64,000 nucleotides of DNA, taken from Candidatus Magasanikiibacteriota bacterium. GTDB lineage: Bacteria; Patescibacteriota; Patescibacteriia; Magasanikbacterales; GWA2-37-8. Positions 55,146 to 64,000 of the stretch are shown one piece after another (the stretch's first letter is position 1; every line of letters starts with the position of its first letter). Both the position numbers and the translations under genes were made by a program. Location of the stretch: the NCBI GenBank assembly GCA_963802255.1, contig CAWDHY010000001.1:171842-235841 (forward strand). The letters are read 5' to 3'. The notes beneath the pieces are model-generated. The model was not told where the DNA came from. It ran no database searches and worked only from the letters and a program-made list of their open reading frames with translations.

Positions 55146-57944
55146 ATGCCTGAAAAAATCATCATCAAAGGGGCCAGAGTTCATAATTTGAAGAACATTA
55201 ATGTTGAGATCCCGAAGAATAAGTTCGTTGTTGTAACCGGTCTTTCCGGTTCGGGAAAATCATCTCTCGCGTTCGACACAATTTATGCCGAAGGACAGCG
55301 CCGGTACGCCGAATCTCTTTCTTCGTTCGCCCGCCAGTTTATGGAAGTGCGCGATAAGCCTGATGTTGATTCCATAGACGGGCTATCACCGACCATTGCC
55401 ATTGATCAGCGTGCTTCTACTCAAAACCCCCGTTCTACTGTCGGTACTGTTACGGAAGTATACGATTACCTGAGGTTGCTGTTTGCCCGCACTGGTGAAC
55501 AGTTTTGCCCGGACTGCGGAATGAAAGTGACTATTTTCACAGCCGGTGAAATAGCCGAAAAAGTGCGTGAACACGCCCGCAAAGGCGGTGTTTTTATTAT
55601 GTCTCCATTGGTCCGCAATCAGACGGTTGACCCAAAAGTGATAATTGAAGAAGTGGAACAATCGGGTTTAGACACGGTTTGGATTGATGGTGAGTTTATA
55701 AAAATAAATGATTTGGTTAATTACGATTTCAAGCCAAAAACAAAATACAATATCAGCCTGTTGGTGACAAAGATTGATGACATAAAAAAACAGGACCCGA
55801 TGAAACCGGTGGAAACTGCAATTGATTTGAGCAATGGTTTGGTGGACCTGTTGTATAACGGCACTCCGGAAACGCTTTCTACGTTCGGTCTCTGCCCGTC
55901 TTGCGGAAAAATGATGCCGGCGCCTGATATCCGTAATTTTTCTTTTAATAGCCCTTTGGGTGCATGCCCACGCTGTACCGGTTTGGGCATCACGATGGAA
56001 GTAGACCCGGATTTAATAATTCCAAATCCGAGGCTTACTTTGGCGGAAGGAGCAATACAACCATGGACAAGAATTACCGGTAATCAGGCGTGGTATCAAA
56101 AAATTCTTGGAGCGGTCGCCGGCCGTCATGGTTTTTCTTTGGACACGCCGGTTGCTGAATTTCCAAAAACAGTTATTGATATTATTTTAAAAGGGACAGG
56201 TGCCGACATCTATGAAATTGAAGGCAAAAAAGTCGTGTTTCCAGGCGTGATGGAAGATTTGCGGGCCCGTCATCTTGCCACTGATTCTGAATATGTGCGA
56301 AAAGAGATTGAACAGTATATGCGCGAGCAGGTTTGTTCTCTTTGCCACGGCAAGCGTTTAAAAGCGGAGTCATTGGCAGTCAAAGTAAAGGGCTTGAATA
56401 TCGCTGAAGCCGCCGCCTTGAATATTGAAGAAAGTATTTTATTTTTTAAGAATATAAACGGAAAAGACAAGAAAGAAACCCGCTCGGTAGTGCTTACTCC
56501 TATAGTAAAGGAGATTTCCGCCCGTTTGGAAAATTTAGCCAGGGTCGGCCTGGACTATTTGAGTATTGATCGCGCCATGAACACTCTTTCCGGCGGAGAA
56601 GTTACGAGAGTGCGCCTTTCAACTCAACTTTCTTCCGGTCTCACCGGTGTAGTGTACATTTTGGATGAACCATCAGTTGGCCTGCATCAACGGGATATTA
56701 AAAAATTGATTGATACATTGAAATTTTTGCGTGATTTGGGGAACACAGTAATTGTCGTGGAACATGATGCGATGATAATGAATGCCGCCGATTATTTAAT
56801 TGACGTGGGGCCTGGCGCCGGAGTTTATGGCGGACAGATAATGGCAAAAGGAACGCTGGCGGAAATTAAAAAAGCGAAAAATTCTTTAACCGGAGATTAT
56901 TTGGCGGGAAGAATAAAAATTACCCGTAATTTGACGAGGCAAAAAACCGACAAGATCGGTAAAAAAATACGGATTGTCGGTGCTAAAGCGTTTAACCTGA
57001 AAAACATAACGGTAGATATCCCGCTGGGAAAATTATTGTGCGTCACAGGTGTTTCCGGCTCCGGAAAATCCACTCTGATTGTGGAAATTTTAAGCAAAGC
57101 GCTGTCAAAACACTTTTTCAGAAGTAAAGAGGAGCCGGGAGAACATAAGGCGATTGAAGGGCTAAATAATATTGATAAAGTTATTGCGATTGACCAGACA
57201 CCGATTGGCCGCACTCCGCGTTCTAATCCGGCCACATATACCGGTGCTTTTACTTTGATTCGCGATTTATTTGCCGCAATCCCCGAAGCTAAGATGCGCC
57301 GGTTTGATGCGGGAAAATTCAGTTTCAATGTTAAAGGCGGAGGCCGGTGCGAGGCCTGTGCCGGCGAAGGCTATGTGCGTATTCCCATGCAATTTTTGGC
57401 CGATGTTTTTGTCGTGTGCAACGAATGCAATGGTTCGCGCTATAATCAGGAGGCACTGGAAATCCATTATCGTGGGAAAAACATCGCCGATGTGTTAAAC
57501 ATGACTGTAGAAGAAGCTTTTAAATTTTTTGTCGGTGAAAAACAGATTGCGCAAAAATTGAATGTATTGCGTGATGTCGGATTGGGTTATTTGCGTCTGG
57601 GGCAGCCGGCTACCACTCTTTCGGGCGGAGAAGCTCAACGCATTAAGCTTGCCACCGAACTTTCACGCGCTTCAACCGGCTCAACTTTATACATACTTGA
57701 TGAACCCACCACCGGCCTTCATTTTGAAGATACCAGCAGATTATTGCAGGTGCTTGAACAACTGGTGAATAAGGGTAACACTGTTTTGATTATTGAACAT
57801 AATATTGATGTAATAAAAAATTGTGATTGGATTATTGAATTGGGACCCGATGGAGGAAAACGCGGTGGTGAATTGGTGGCTACAGGTCCGCTTGAAAAGA
57901 TAATGAAAACAAAAAATAGCTGGACGGCAAAATATTTACGATAA
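55146..57944 (+). CDS. uvrA: Excinuclease ABC subunit A
   Basis: GARVHNLKN, two Walker A ([18 protein letters not shown]), LSGGE signatures and zinc fingers. Confidence 0.97.
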   Translation: MPEKIIIKGARVHNLKNINVEIPKNKFVVVTGLSGSGKSSLAFDTIYAEGQRRYAESLSSFARQFMEVRDKPDVDSIDGLSPTIAIDQRASTQNPRSTVGTVTEVYDYLRLLFARTGEQFCPDCGMKVTIFTAGEIAEKVREHARKGGVFIMSPLVRNQTVDPKVIIEEVEQSGLDTVWIDGEFIKINDLVNYDFKPKTKYNISLLVTKIDDIKKQDPMKPVETAIDLSNGLVDLLYNGTPETLSTFGLCPSCGKMMPAPDIRNFSFNSPLGACPRCTGLGITMEVDPDLIIPNPRLTLAEGAIQPWTRITGNQAWYQKILGAVAGRHGFSLDTPVAEFPKTVIDIILKGTGADIYEIEGKKVVFPGVMEDLRARHLATDSEYVRKEIEQYMREQVCSLCHGKRLKAESLAVKVKGLNIAEAAALNIEESILFFKNINGKDKKETRSVVLTPIVKEISARLENLARVGLDYLSIDRAMNTLSGGEVTRVRLSTQLSSGLTGVVYILDEPSVGLHQRDIKKLIDTLKFLRDLGNTVIVVEHDAMIMNAADYLIDVGPGAGVYGGQIMAKGTLAEIKKAKNSLTGDYLAGRIKITRNLTRQKTDKIGKKIRIVGAKAFNLKNITVDIPLGKLLCVTGVSGSGKSTLIVEILSKALSKHFFRSKEEPGEHKAIEGLNNIDKVIAIDQTPIGRTPRSNPATYTGAFTLIRDLFAAIPEAKMRRFDAGKFSFNVKGGGRCEACAGEGYVRIPMQFLADVFVVCNECNGSRYNQEALEIHYRGKNIADVLNMTVEEAFKFFVGEKQIAQKLNVLRDVGLGYLRLGQPATTLSGGEAQRIKLATELSRASTGSTLYILDEPTTGLHFEDTSRLLQVLEQLVNKGNTVLIIEHNIDVIKNCDWIIELGPDGGKRGGELVATGPLEKIMKTKNSWTAKYLR

Positions 57945-57958
57945 ACATACGGAGGAAT

Positions 57959-57988
57959 AAAAAAATCCGCTTGTTAGCGGATTTTTTT
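57959..57988. terminator. Bidirectional intrinsic terminator
   Basis: AAAAAAATCCGCT-TGTT-AGCGGATTTTTTT. Confidence 0.85.
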
Positions 57989-57989
57989 A

Positions 57990-58316
57990 TTATTTTTTAT
58001 CTTTCATTTTTCTCTTAAATTTCGGATCCCGCAGATAATGAAGTTTTGCCCGGCGGGTCGCCAGTTCGCGCACTATTTCAATTTGCGCCACAACCGGAGA
58101 ATAAATTGGAAATATCTTCTCCACGCCTATACCACCCGAGATTTTACGGACCGTGATGGTTGCACCGGCTTCGGCGCCGTGCCTTGTGGCGATTATTGTG
58201 CCTTCATAAACCTGTATGCGCTCTTTTTCTTCACCTTTGGTATTGAGTTCTTTGATTTTTTGGTGAACTCGCACTACCATGCCCGGCTTATAGACAGTAG
58301 TTTGTGTTTCAGTCAT
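57990..58316 (-). CDS. rplS: 50S ribosomal protein L19
   Basis: [36 protein letters not shown]. Confidence 0.96.
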   Translation of the reverse strand: MTETQTTVYKPGMVVRVHQKIKELNTKGEEKERIQVYEGTIIATRHGAEAGATITVRKISGGIGVEKIFPIYSPVVAQIEIVRELATRRAKLHYLRDPKFKRKMKDKK

Positions 58317-58349
58317 ACAAAAGAATGTTATATTTTTAGTGTGCTTATA

Positions 58350-58937
58350 TTAGCTCAATTTATCATTAATGTCAAGACCAATGTGATCGGATATGATTTT
58401 TGCGACATTAGACACGGTTTCATCCAATTTTCCTTGAAAATTAACAATTTTGTAGTCGTAAATATCCGATTCAGCGATTTCTTTTTTTGCCGTTTCCAGA
58501 CGTTTCGCGATTATCTCATCGGTTAGGCCTCCGCGCGATATTATACGCTGTTTTAATATTTCCAAGCTTTCCGGAAGTAAAAAAATGGAAATATTGATCC
58601 AACCGTCTTTGTCAAAATTTTTCTTTCCGTTTATTTCTATATTGGAGAAAACAATTTTATGATTATCTAAAAGTTCATTTAGGCGCGCTTTTTCAGTGCC
58701 ATAATAGTTATCCGCATATTCATTATATTCGATCAATTCATTGTTTTTAATCATTATTTCAAATTCTTCGCGGGTGACATAATGATAATCAATGCCATTT
58801 TTTTCTCCAGGGCGCATCGGCCGGGTCGTTGTGGTTAAATATCGGACGGCATCAGGTAAAATTTCGATTAATCCGCGGATGACAGAATCTTTGCCTCCAC
58901 CGGAAGGTGAAGAAATAATAACAAGCTGACCTTTCAT
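58350..58937 (-). CDS. gmk: Guanylate kinase
   Basis: SSPSGGGK, TTRPMRPGEKNGIDYHY, YYGT. Confidence 0.93.
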   Translation of the reverse strand: MKGQLVIISSPSGGGKDSVIRGLIEILPDAVRYLTTTTRPMRPGEKNGIDYHYVTREEFEIMIKNNELIEYNEYADNYYGTEKARLNELLDNHKIVFSNIEINGKKNFDKDGWINISIFLLPESLEILKQRIISRGGLTDEIIAKRLETAKKEIAESDIYDYKIVNFQGKLDETVSNVAKIISDHIGLDINDKLS

Positions 58938-58938
58938 A

Positions 58939-59904
58939 TTATCTAAGTAAGAGTAAAAAATTTGATAGCTTTTTAGGCATTACTGATTCGTATTCCACAT
59001 CATCGCCTTTTAGATTACTAAACCCCAGTTTTGCACTGTGCAGAAATAGCCGTCCGCATTTTTCATCCCAGACGCGTTTTCGTTTTTTTTGAAAATAAAG
59101 AGGATCGCCGACAACGGGGTGATTGTAGGCGAGCATATGAACGCGAATTTGGTGCATTCGTCCGGTATGAATTTTAACCTGAAGCAAAGTAAAATTAATA
59201 AACCGTTTTTCCACAAAAAATTCCGTTTTGGCCTCTTTTCCATCCTCAGTCGGCCTTCCCCGGACTGTTTCCGGTATTGCCGCCATTTTATCCGCTGTTT
59301 CCGAACGGCTGATTGGAAAGTTTATCTCGTCCCAGTCTTTTGCTACTTTGCCGTGCACCAGTACAATATATTCCTTGTTAATTGTTCTGTTCTTAAATTG
59401 ATTTTTTAGTAAATCAAACATTTTTTGTGTGCGGGCGATTACCATGAGACCGGATGCTTCCTTGTCTAAACGATGAACAATACCCGGGCGGGCAGGGTCA
59501 TCTCCGACTTTTTTTATTGAGGGGTATTTTTTAACAATCCAGCCGGCGAGTGAATTTTTTTCTTTTGCTTCCGTGGGGTGAGTCAGAATTCCCGCAGGTT
59601 TGTTTACGATAATATAATCTGGGGTCACGGCCACTATTTCCGGTTCGGTAAAATTTTCCTCGCCAGTTTTAATTTTAATTTTTGGCGTTTCTGATATTTT
59701 TTTGACAGCAGTAATTGTAATATGGTGCCCCTCCCTGAGTTTTTCTCCATATTTTTTCGGCGCATTTCCGTCAACTTCTATCTGTTTGTTATCAATCATT
59801 TTTTGTACTTGTGAGCGGGTGATGCCGAGTTTATCGCATAAAAAAACATCAAGCCGCTGACCGGCAGATGTTTCATTGATAATAATTTTTTTTGGATTTG
59901 GCAT
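58939..59904 (-). CDS. RluA/RluD-family pseudouridine synthase
   Basis: S4 domain RLDVFL, NKPAG, GIVHRLDKEASG, TGRMHQIRVH. Start MPNPKK, since the longer start overlaps the tRNA. Confidence 0.93.
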   Translation of the reverse strand: MPNPKKIIINETSAGQRLDVFLCDKLGITRSQVQKMIDNKQIEVDGNAPKKYGEKLREGHHITITAVKKISETPKIKIKTGEENFTEPEIVAVTPDYIIVNKPAGILTHPTEAKEKNSLAGWIVKKYPSIKKVGDDPARPGIVHRLDKEASGLMVIARTQKMFDLLKNQFKNRTINKEYIVLVHGKVAKDWDEINFPISRSETADKMAAIPETVRGRPTEDGKEAKTEFFVEKRFINFTLLQVKIHTGRMHQIRVHMLAYNHPVVGDPLYFQKKRKRVWDEKCGRLFLHSAKLGFSNLKGDDVEYESVMPKKLSNFLLLLR

Positions 59905-59909
59905 AATTG

Positions 59910-59982
59910 TGCGCCTGGATGGATTTGAACCATCGACTTCCACCTTATAAGGGTGGCACTCTAACCGCTGAGTTACAGGCGC
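59910..59982 (-). tRNA. tRNA-Ile (anticodon TAT/UAU)
   Basis: GCGCCTG TA ACTC AGCGGTTA GAGT G CCACC CTTATAA GGTGG AAGTC GATGG TTCAAAT CCATC CAGGCGC A; complete cloverleaf. Confidence 0.92.
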
Positions 59983-60004
59983 GTATAATAAATTTTAATT
60001 GTTC

Positions 60005-60153
60005 ACTTCCACCTTAACCGCCTTCATCACGCTTCGCGTTTATTCGGCGGATAAATCACGTCACTCAATTAAAATGAAAATAAATTTTCATTTTTCTTTC
60101 GCTAGCGATTTGAAGGGTGGCACTCTAACCGCTGAGTTACAGGCGCGTATAAT
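60005..60153 (-). pseudogene. Interrupted, 3-prime-truncated duplicate of tRNA-Ile(UAU)
   Basis: 60113-60153 is identical to 59949-59989 (41 bp) and 60005-60016 is identical to 59936-59947 (12 bp), separated by a 96-nt insert. Confidence 0.85.
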
Positions 60154-60159
60154 GGCCGT

Positions 60160-60188
60160 ATAATAGCATTTTTTCATCATTTTTGCAA
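60160..60188 (-). promoter_or_regulatory. Candidate promoter for the tRNA-Ile locus
   Basis: Minus strand TTGCAA-17-TATTAT with extended TG. Confidence 0.6.
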
Positions 60189-60243
60189 GATCATATTAAA
60201 GGTTGTCAAACATTATAAATACTGATAAAATAGGCTCAACTTT

Positions 60244-60771
60244 ATGCGAGATTACAATAGAATCATATTTGATACAATTAATTCCTGGCAGGGCAAGAAT
60301 CGGTGGCTGGACGCGTTTGGACGGGCGGGGGCTGAATGGGTGATTGTTGCCATGTGCGGCTGGTTTATTGTTTCAGGAATTATAATTTGCTGGCCGGATT
60401 GGCGGTCTGTTTTTGCACCTTTAGTAACTTTTGTTGCTTCATGGGCTTTTGCCTGGTGCGTCAGCATTGGCATCGGTTTTATCGTTGACGAACCGAGGCC
60501 TAATATTACTGAACCGCAAAGCAAACAACTTTTCAAACCTTCAATGAGCTGGAAATCATTTCCTTCCGACCACTCCATGTCCGCGTTTTTATTATTTTTT
60601 GTAGCCCTGATTTTTGGTTTACCTGGTGCCTGGGCATTGCTTGTTCTAGCCATTTGGGTTGTCTTTGGCCGCTTATATTCCGGCGTACATTATCCGGTTG
60701 ATATTATCGGCGGACTACTTCTGGCCGCCGCAGTGTCTATTTGGGTGAAATATCTTATGCTTTTTTTGTAA
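60244..60771 (+). CDS. PAP2-family membrane phosphatase (undecaprenyl-diphosphatase-like)
   Basis: PRP, SFPSDH and GRLYSGVHYPVDI motifs. Confidence 0.88.
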   Translation: MRDYNRIIFDTINSWQGKNRWLDAFGRAGAEWVIVAMCGWFIVSGIIICWPDWRSVFAPLVTFVASWAFAWCVSIGIGFIVDEPRPNITEPQSKQLFKPSMSWKSFPSDHSMSAFLLFFVALIFGLPGAWALLVLAIWVVFGRLYSGVHYPVDIIGGLLLAAAVSIWVKYLMLFL

Positions 60772-60772
60772 T

Positions 60773-61471
60773 ATGAATGCCATTATTCTTTGTGGCGGAT
60801 TATCAACGCGTTTGGGCGATATCGCAAAATCAACCCCGAAAATATTATTGGAAATTAAGGGCCGGACGGTCTTAGATTGGCAGTTGGAAAAATTATATAA
60901 ATTGGGTGTCAAAGAAATTGTTTTAGCAGCCGGCCATTTGGCCGATACGTTGCGCGAGAATGTGGGCGTGGAAAGAAATGGGGTAAAAATTATTTATGCG
61001 ATTGAACCAAAAAGACTCGGAACCGGCGGGGCCATAAAATTTGCGTGGGAACATCTGCCGGATAATAACGAATCAACAATTATTCTTAATGGGGATATTT
61101 TATCGTTAGCCGATTTGAAAACAATGTCTGGTCGCTTACGTCCGGAGAGCGGGGGAATACTGCTTGGCGCGCGCGTCGAGGACGCTTCAACCTACGGAAC
61201 ACTGATTTTCAACGGACAAAATCGTTTGCAGGAATTTAAAGAAAAAGAAGGGCTGTCTCAGCCCGGGTATATTAACGGCGGCATATACCTGTTTACAAAT
61301 AATATTAAGAAATATTTTCCGGATAATGATGTTTTTAGTATTGAGTATGACGTTTTTGATAAAATTAAGGACCATGCGATAGATTTGGATGTTCATTTAT
61401 CGGATGAACCGTGGGTGGATATTGGCGTGCCTGAACGGTTGAATTGGGCGCGTGAAAATTGGCGGGAATAA
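60773..61471 (+). CDS. Sugar-phosphate nucleotidyltransferase
   Basis: AIILCGGLSTRL..PK, LGTGGAI, NGD, INGGIY, WVDIG. Confidence 0.88.
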   Translation: MNAIILCGGLSTRLGDIAKSTPKILLEIKGRTVLDWQLEKLYKLGVKEIVLAAGHLADTLRENVGVERNGVKIIYAIEPKRLGTGGAIKFAWEHLPDNNESTIILNGDILSLADLKTMSGRLRPESGGILLGARVEDASTYGTLIFNGQNRLQEFKEKEGLSQPGYINGGIYLFTNNIKKYFPDNDVFSIEYDVFDKIKDHAIDLDVHLSDEPWVDIGVPERLNWARENWRE

Positions 61472-61474
61472 AAT

Positions 61475-62341
61475 ATGACAGTACACGCGAAATTAAATTG
61501 TATTTTTCTTTTGCTGATTGTTGGCACGGCATTTGGCGGTTTTTTGTATTATAAAAAAACTCATCCGCCATATGTGCCACCGGTGATTGAGCCGAGAAAA
61601 GAAATTAATATCACTATCATTCCAGGGTGGAATTTACGTCAGATTGCAGGCGATTGGGCTGAAAAAGGGATAATTAAGAATGAAAATGAATTGTACGCGA
61701 TACTTGGAGAGCCGGCTAAAAATTATAAAGCTGAAAAAGAAATTGCTCCGCACCTCGCACTTGCCGATGATGTGACATGGTCCGAATTATTTGCCGATAA
61801 ACCTTCAAATGTTTCCTATGAAGGATATTTACTTCCGGATACTTATCGTGTTTATGCCGATGCTAAACCTGAAGACGTTTTGAAAAAAATATTTGCCAAT
61901 TTAAATGAAAAAATTACTCCGGAAATGCGCGACGAGATAAAACGTCAGAAAAAAACCATTTATGAAATATTAACAATGGCATCGGTTGTTGAAAAAGAAG
62001 CGCCGACAAAAAATGATATGGCTATGGTGGCTGATATTTTTTGGCGCCGTTACAATAACAATTGGGCGCTTCAATCTTGCGCGACTGTAAATTATATCAC
62101 TGCGAAAAATGACCCGGGCGTGACCAATGAAGATAAAGAAACCGACTCTCTTTTTAATACTTATAAATATCCCGGATTGCCTCTTGGTGCTATCAGTAAT
62201 CCGGGAATTCCCGCTATTATGTCGGCTATTACTCCGAGTAAGAATAATTATTGGTATTTTATGAGCGACCGGGATGGGGTGACACACTACGCGAAGACGT
62301 TGGATGAACATAATGTCAATGTCTACAGATATTTAAAATAA
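61475..62341 (+). CDS. mltG: Endolytic transglycosylase MltG (YceG family)
   Basis: EGYLLPDTY, ASVVEKE, NTYKYPGLP.GAI.NPG. Confidence 0.9.
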   Translation: MTVHAKLNCIFLLLIVGTAFGGFLYYKKTHPPYVPPVIEPRKEINITIIPGWNLRQIAGDWAEKGIIKNENELYAILGEPAKNYKAEKEIAPHLALADDVTWSELFADKPSNVSYEGYLLPDTYRVYADAKPEDVLKKIFANLNEKITPEMRDEIKRQKKTIYEILTMASVVEKEAPTKNDMAMVADIFWRRYNNNWALQSCATVNYITAKNDPGVTNEDKETDSLFNTYKYPGLPLGAISNPGIPAIMSAITPSKNNYWYFMSDRDGVTHYAKTLDEHNVNVYRYLK

Positions 62342-62361
62342 TCTTCATTGGAAATATTTTT

Positions 62362-63462
62362 ATGTTGACTTCAGATTTTGATTACAATCTTCCGAAGGAA
62401 CTGATTGCTCAAAAACCGTCAGAACCGCGCGATCATTCGCGCTTAATGGTGATAAATCGGCAAAAACAAACAACCGAACATTGCCGTTTTTTTAATCTGC
62501 TGAATTTTGTTTTGCCGGGCGATTTGCTGGTTTGGAATAATACCAAAGTTTTTAAAGCGCGCTTAATGGGTGTAATTGAACTTGATGAAAAAGTAACCGG
62601 TATCAAATCAAAAGAGGCGGGGGATTTAGTTATCAATATCCCGAGCGTGGAAATTTTTCTTCTGCGGCCGATGGAAAATAAAGGAGTGTGGAAAGTTCTG
62701 GCCAAGCCGGGTAAAAAATTACGCCTGGGAATGCGGGTGCGTTTTGCGGAAGATTTTGCCTGTGAAATTTTATTAAAAGATGCCGACGGTACAATTCTTG
62801 TACAGTTTGATGAAGATGACCTGAGCGTGCGCAATAAAGCAAATATTTACGGCGAGGTGCCAACACCGCCATATATAAAAATTAATCAGCCGGTCGGAAT
62901 TGATTTGCAGGATAAATATCAGACCGTTTATGCGAAGGTTGAAGGGTCGGTGGCGGCGCCGACCGCCGGTTTTCATTTTACTTCGGATATTATTGAAAAG
63001 TTAAAAGAGGCGAATGTTCAATTTGCGGAAATAACTTTGCATGTTGGACTTGGTACTTTTTTGCCGGTTAAAACGAAAAAAATTGAAGAGCATAAAATGC
63101 ACGCCGAATGGGCCGAACTTTCCGATAAAAATGCCGATTTAATCAACCGTGCCAAAGCAGAAGGTAGAAGGGTTATCGCTGTCGGGACTACGACCGTGCG
63201 CGCGCTGGAAGCGATCGCTGAAATAACCAGCGGGGACCGTTTGCGCGCTTACAACGGAGAGGTAAATATTTTTATTTATCCGGGTTACAAATTTAAAATT
63301 ATTGACGCGTTAATTACAAATTTTCATTTGCCGAAATCAACCTTGCTCATGCTTGTCTCAGCATTTATGGGCGACAGGAAATTTTTATTGAAATGCTATG
63401 AAGAAGCAATTGATAAAAATTATCGTTTTTATTCTTTTGGCGATGCCATGCTGATAATATAA
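62362..63462 (+). CDS. queA: S-adenosylmethionine:tRNA ribosyltransferase-isomerase
   Basis: FDYNLPKELIAQ, YQTVYA, SVAAPTAG, LHVGLGTF, TNFHLPKST, YRFYSFGD. Confidence 0.97.
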   Translation: MLTSDFDYNLPKELIAQKPSEPRDHSRLMVINRQKQTTEHCRFFNLLNFVLPGDLLVWNNTKVFKARLMGVIELDEKVTGIKSKEAGDLVINIPSVEIFLLRPMENKGVWKVLAKPGKKLRLGMRVRFAEDFACEILLKDADGTILVQFDEDDLSVRNKANIYGEVPTPPYIKINQPVGIDLQDKYQTVYAKVEGSVAAPTAGFHFTSDIIEKLKEANVQFAEITLHVGLGTFLPVKTKKIEEHKMHAEWAELSDKNADLINRAKAEGRRVIAVGTTTVRALEAIAEITSGDRLRAYNGEVNIFIYPGYKFKIIDALITNFHLPKSTLLMLVSAFMGDRKFLLKCYEEAIDKNYRFYSFGDAMLII

Positions 63463-63510
63463 AAAAATTAAAAAACTCCGGTTTTGACGCCGGAGTTTTT
63501 TAATTTTTTT
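63461..63510. terminator. Bidirectional intrinsic terminator
   Basis: AAAAAATTAAAAAACTCCGG-loop-CCGGAGTTTTTTAATTTTTT. Confidence 0.85.
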
Positions 63511-63931
63511 ATTCAATTGTCAGTCCCATATTTTTTGCCGTGCCCTCTACCATTTTCATCGCGCCTTCAATGTCTTTCGCGTTCAGGTCAGGCATTTTCT
63601 TTTCAGCAATTGCTTTGATTTGAGCTTTAGTAATTTTTCCCACTTTTTCCTGCAAAGGTTTTGCGGAACCTTTAGGTAAATTTATCATTTTTTTAATCAT
63701 GTCTGCGACCGGTGCTTCCTTCATTATAAAGCTGAAACTTCGGTCGTCATAAACGGAAATAATTACCGGAACCACATCACCTTTTTTATCCTGCGTTTTA
63801 TCGTTGAACTCTTTGCAGAAGCCGGCGATATTTACGCCGTGCTGGCCGAGAGCCGGACCGACCGGAGGCGCCGGATTAGCCGCTCCGCCTACAATCTGTA
63901 ATTTGATCTGTGTAAGTACTTTTTTAGCCAT
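63509..63931 (-). CDS. rplK: 50S ribosomal protein L11
   Basis: [31 protein letters not shown]. Confidence 0.98.
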   Translation of the reverse strand: MAKKVLTQIKLQIVGGAANPAPPVGPALGQHGVNIAGFCKEFNDKTQDKKGDVVPVIISVYDDRSFSFIMKEAPVADMIKKMINLPKGSAKPLQEKVGKITKAQIKAIAEKKMPDLNAKDIEGAMKMVEGTAKNMGLTIE

Positions 63932-64000
63932 ATAATTATTATTTCTAATCTCTAGTATCTAACCCGCCGAGAAGCCCCGATAACGGGCGGCAGGTTTTGT

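Noticed and set aside
60017-60112. Functional group I intron in the tRNA anticodon
   Set aside because: At 96 nt it is too short, no catalytic core is recognisable, and the downstream exon stops after 12 nt. A remnant cannot be excluded.
63960-64000. GC-rich imperfect hairpin upstream of rplK (possible leader or repeat)
   Set aside because: It is truncated by the window edge and cannot be classified.

Overview
This is a 64-kb chromosomal segment of a low-GC bacterium using the standard genetic code. Gene content and style point to a Patescibacteria/CPR (Parcubacteria-like) genome; this is inference from secG next to an orphan peptide-binding protein, DUF4012, a baseplate-J-like orphan, cohesin/dockerin surface proteins, few Shine-Dalgarno sites and TGTGCTATAAT promoters. 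Housekeeping genes: rpsA, ftsH, thrS with a T-box leader, miaB-miaA, rnpB, rnj, tRNA-Leu(CAG), secG, uvrA, rplS, gmk, an RluA-family enzyme, mltG, queA and rplK. The most notable elements are: (i) a ~21-kb divergent cell-surface locus with two paralogous WxL/pilin-like proteins, a WxL-partner-like protein, a dockerin protein, two cohesin proteins, a PilB/GspE ATPase and a ~3830-aa tail-fibre-like giant protein; (ii) a rare tRNA-Ile with a UAU anticodon, preceded by a partial duplicate of itself split in the anticodon by a 96-nt structured insert; (iii) an ECF sigma module with two matching candidate promoters and two cysteine-rich partner proteins; (iv) back-to-back palindromic promoters driving two sets of paralogous orphan genes; (v) a frameshift-riddled glycosyltransferase cluster, which may be a sequencing artefact. 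No CRISPR array, integrase, transposase or reverse transcriptase was recognised. All family assignments are by motif recognition; no searches were run.
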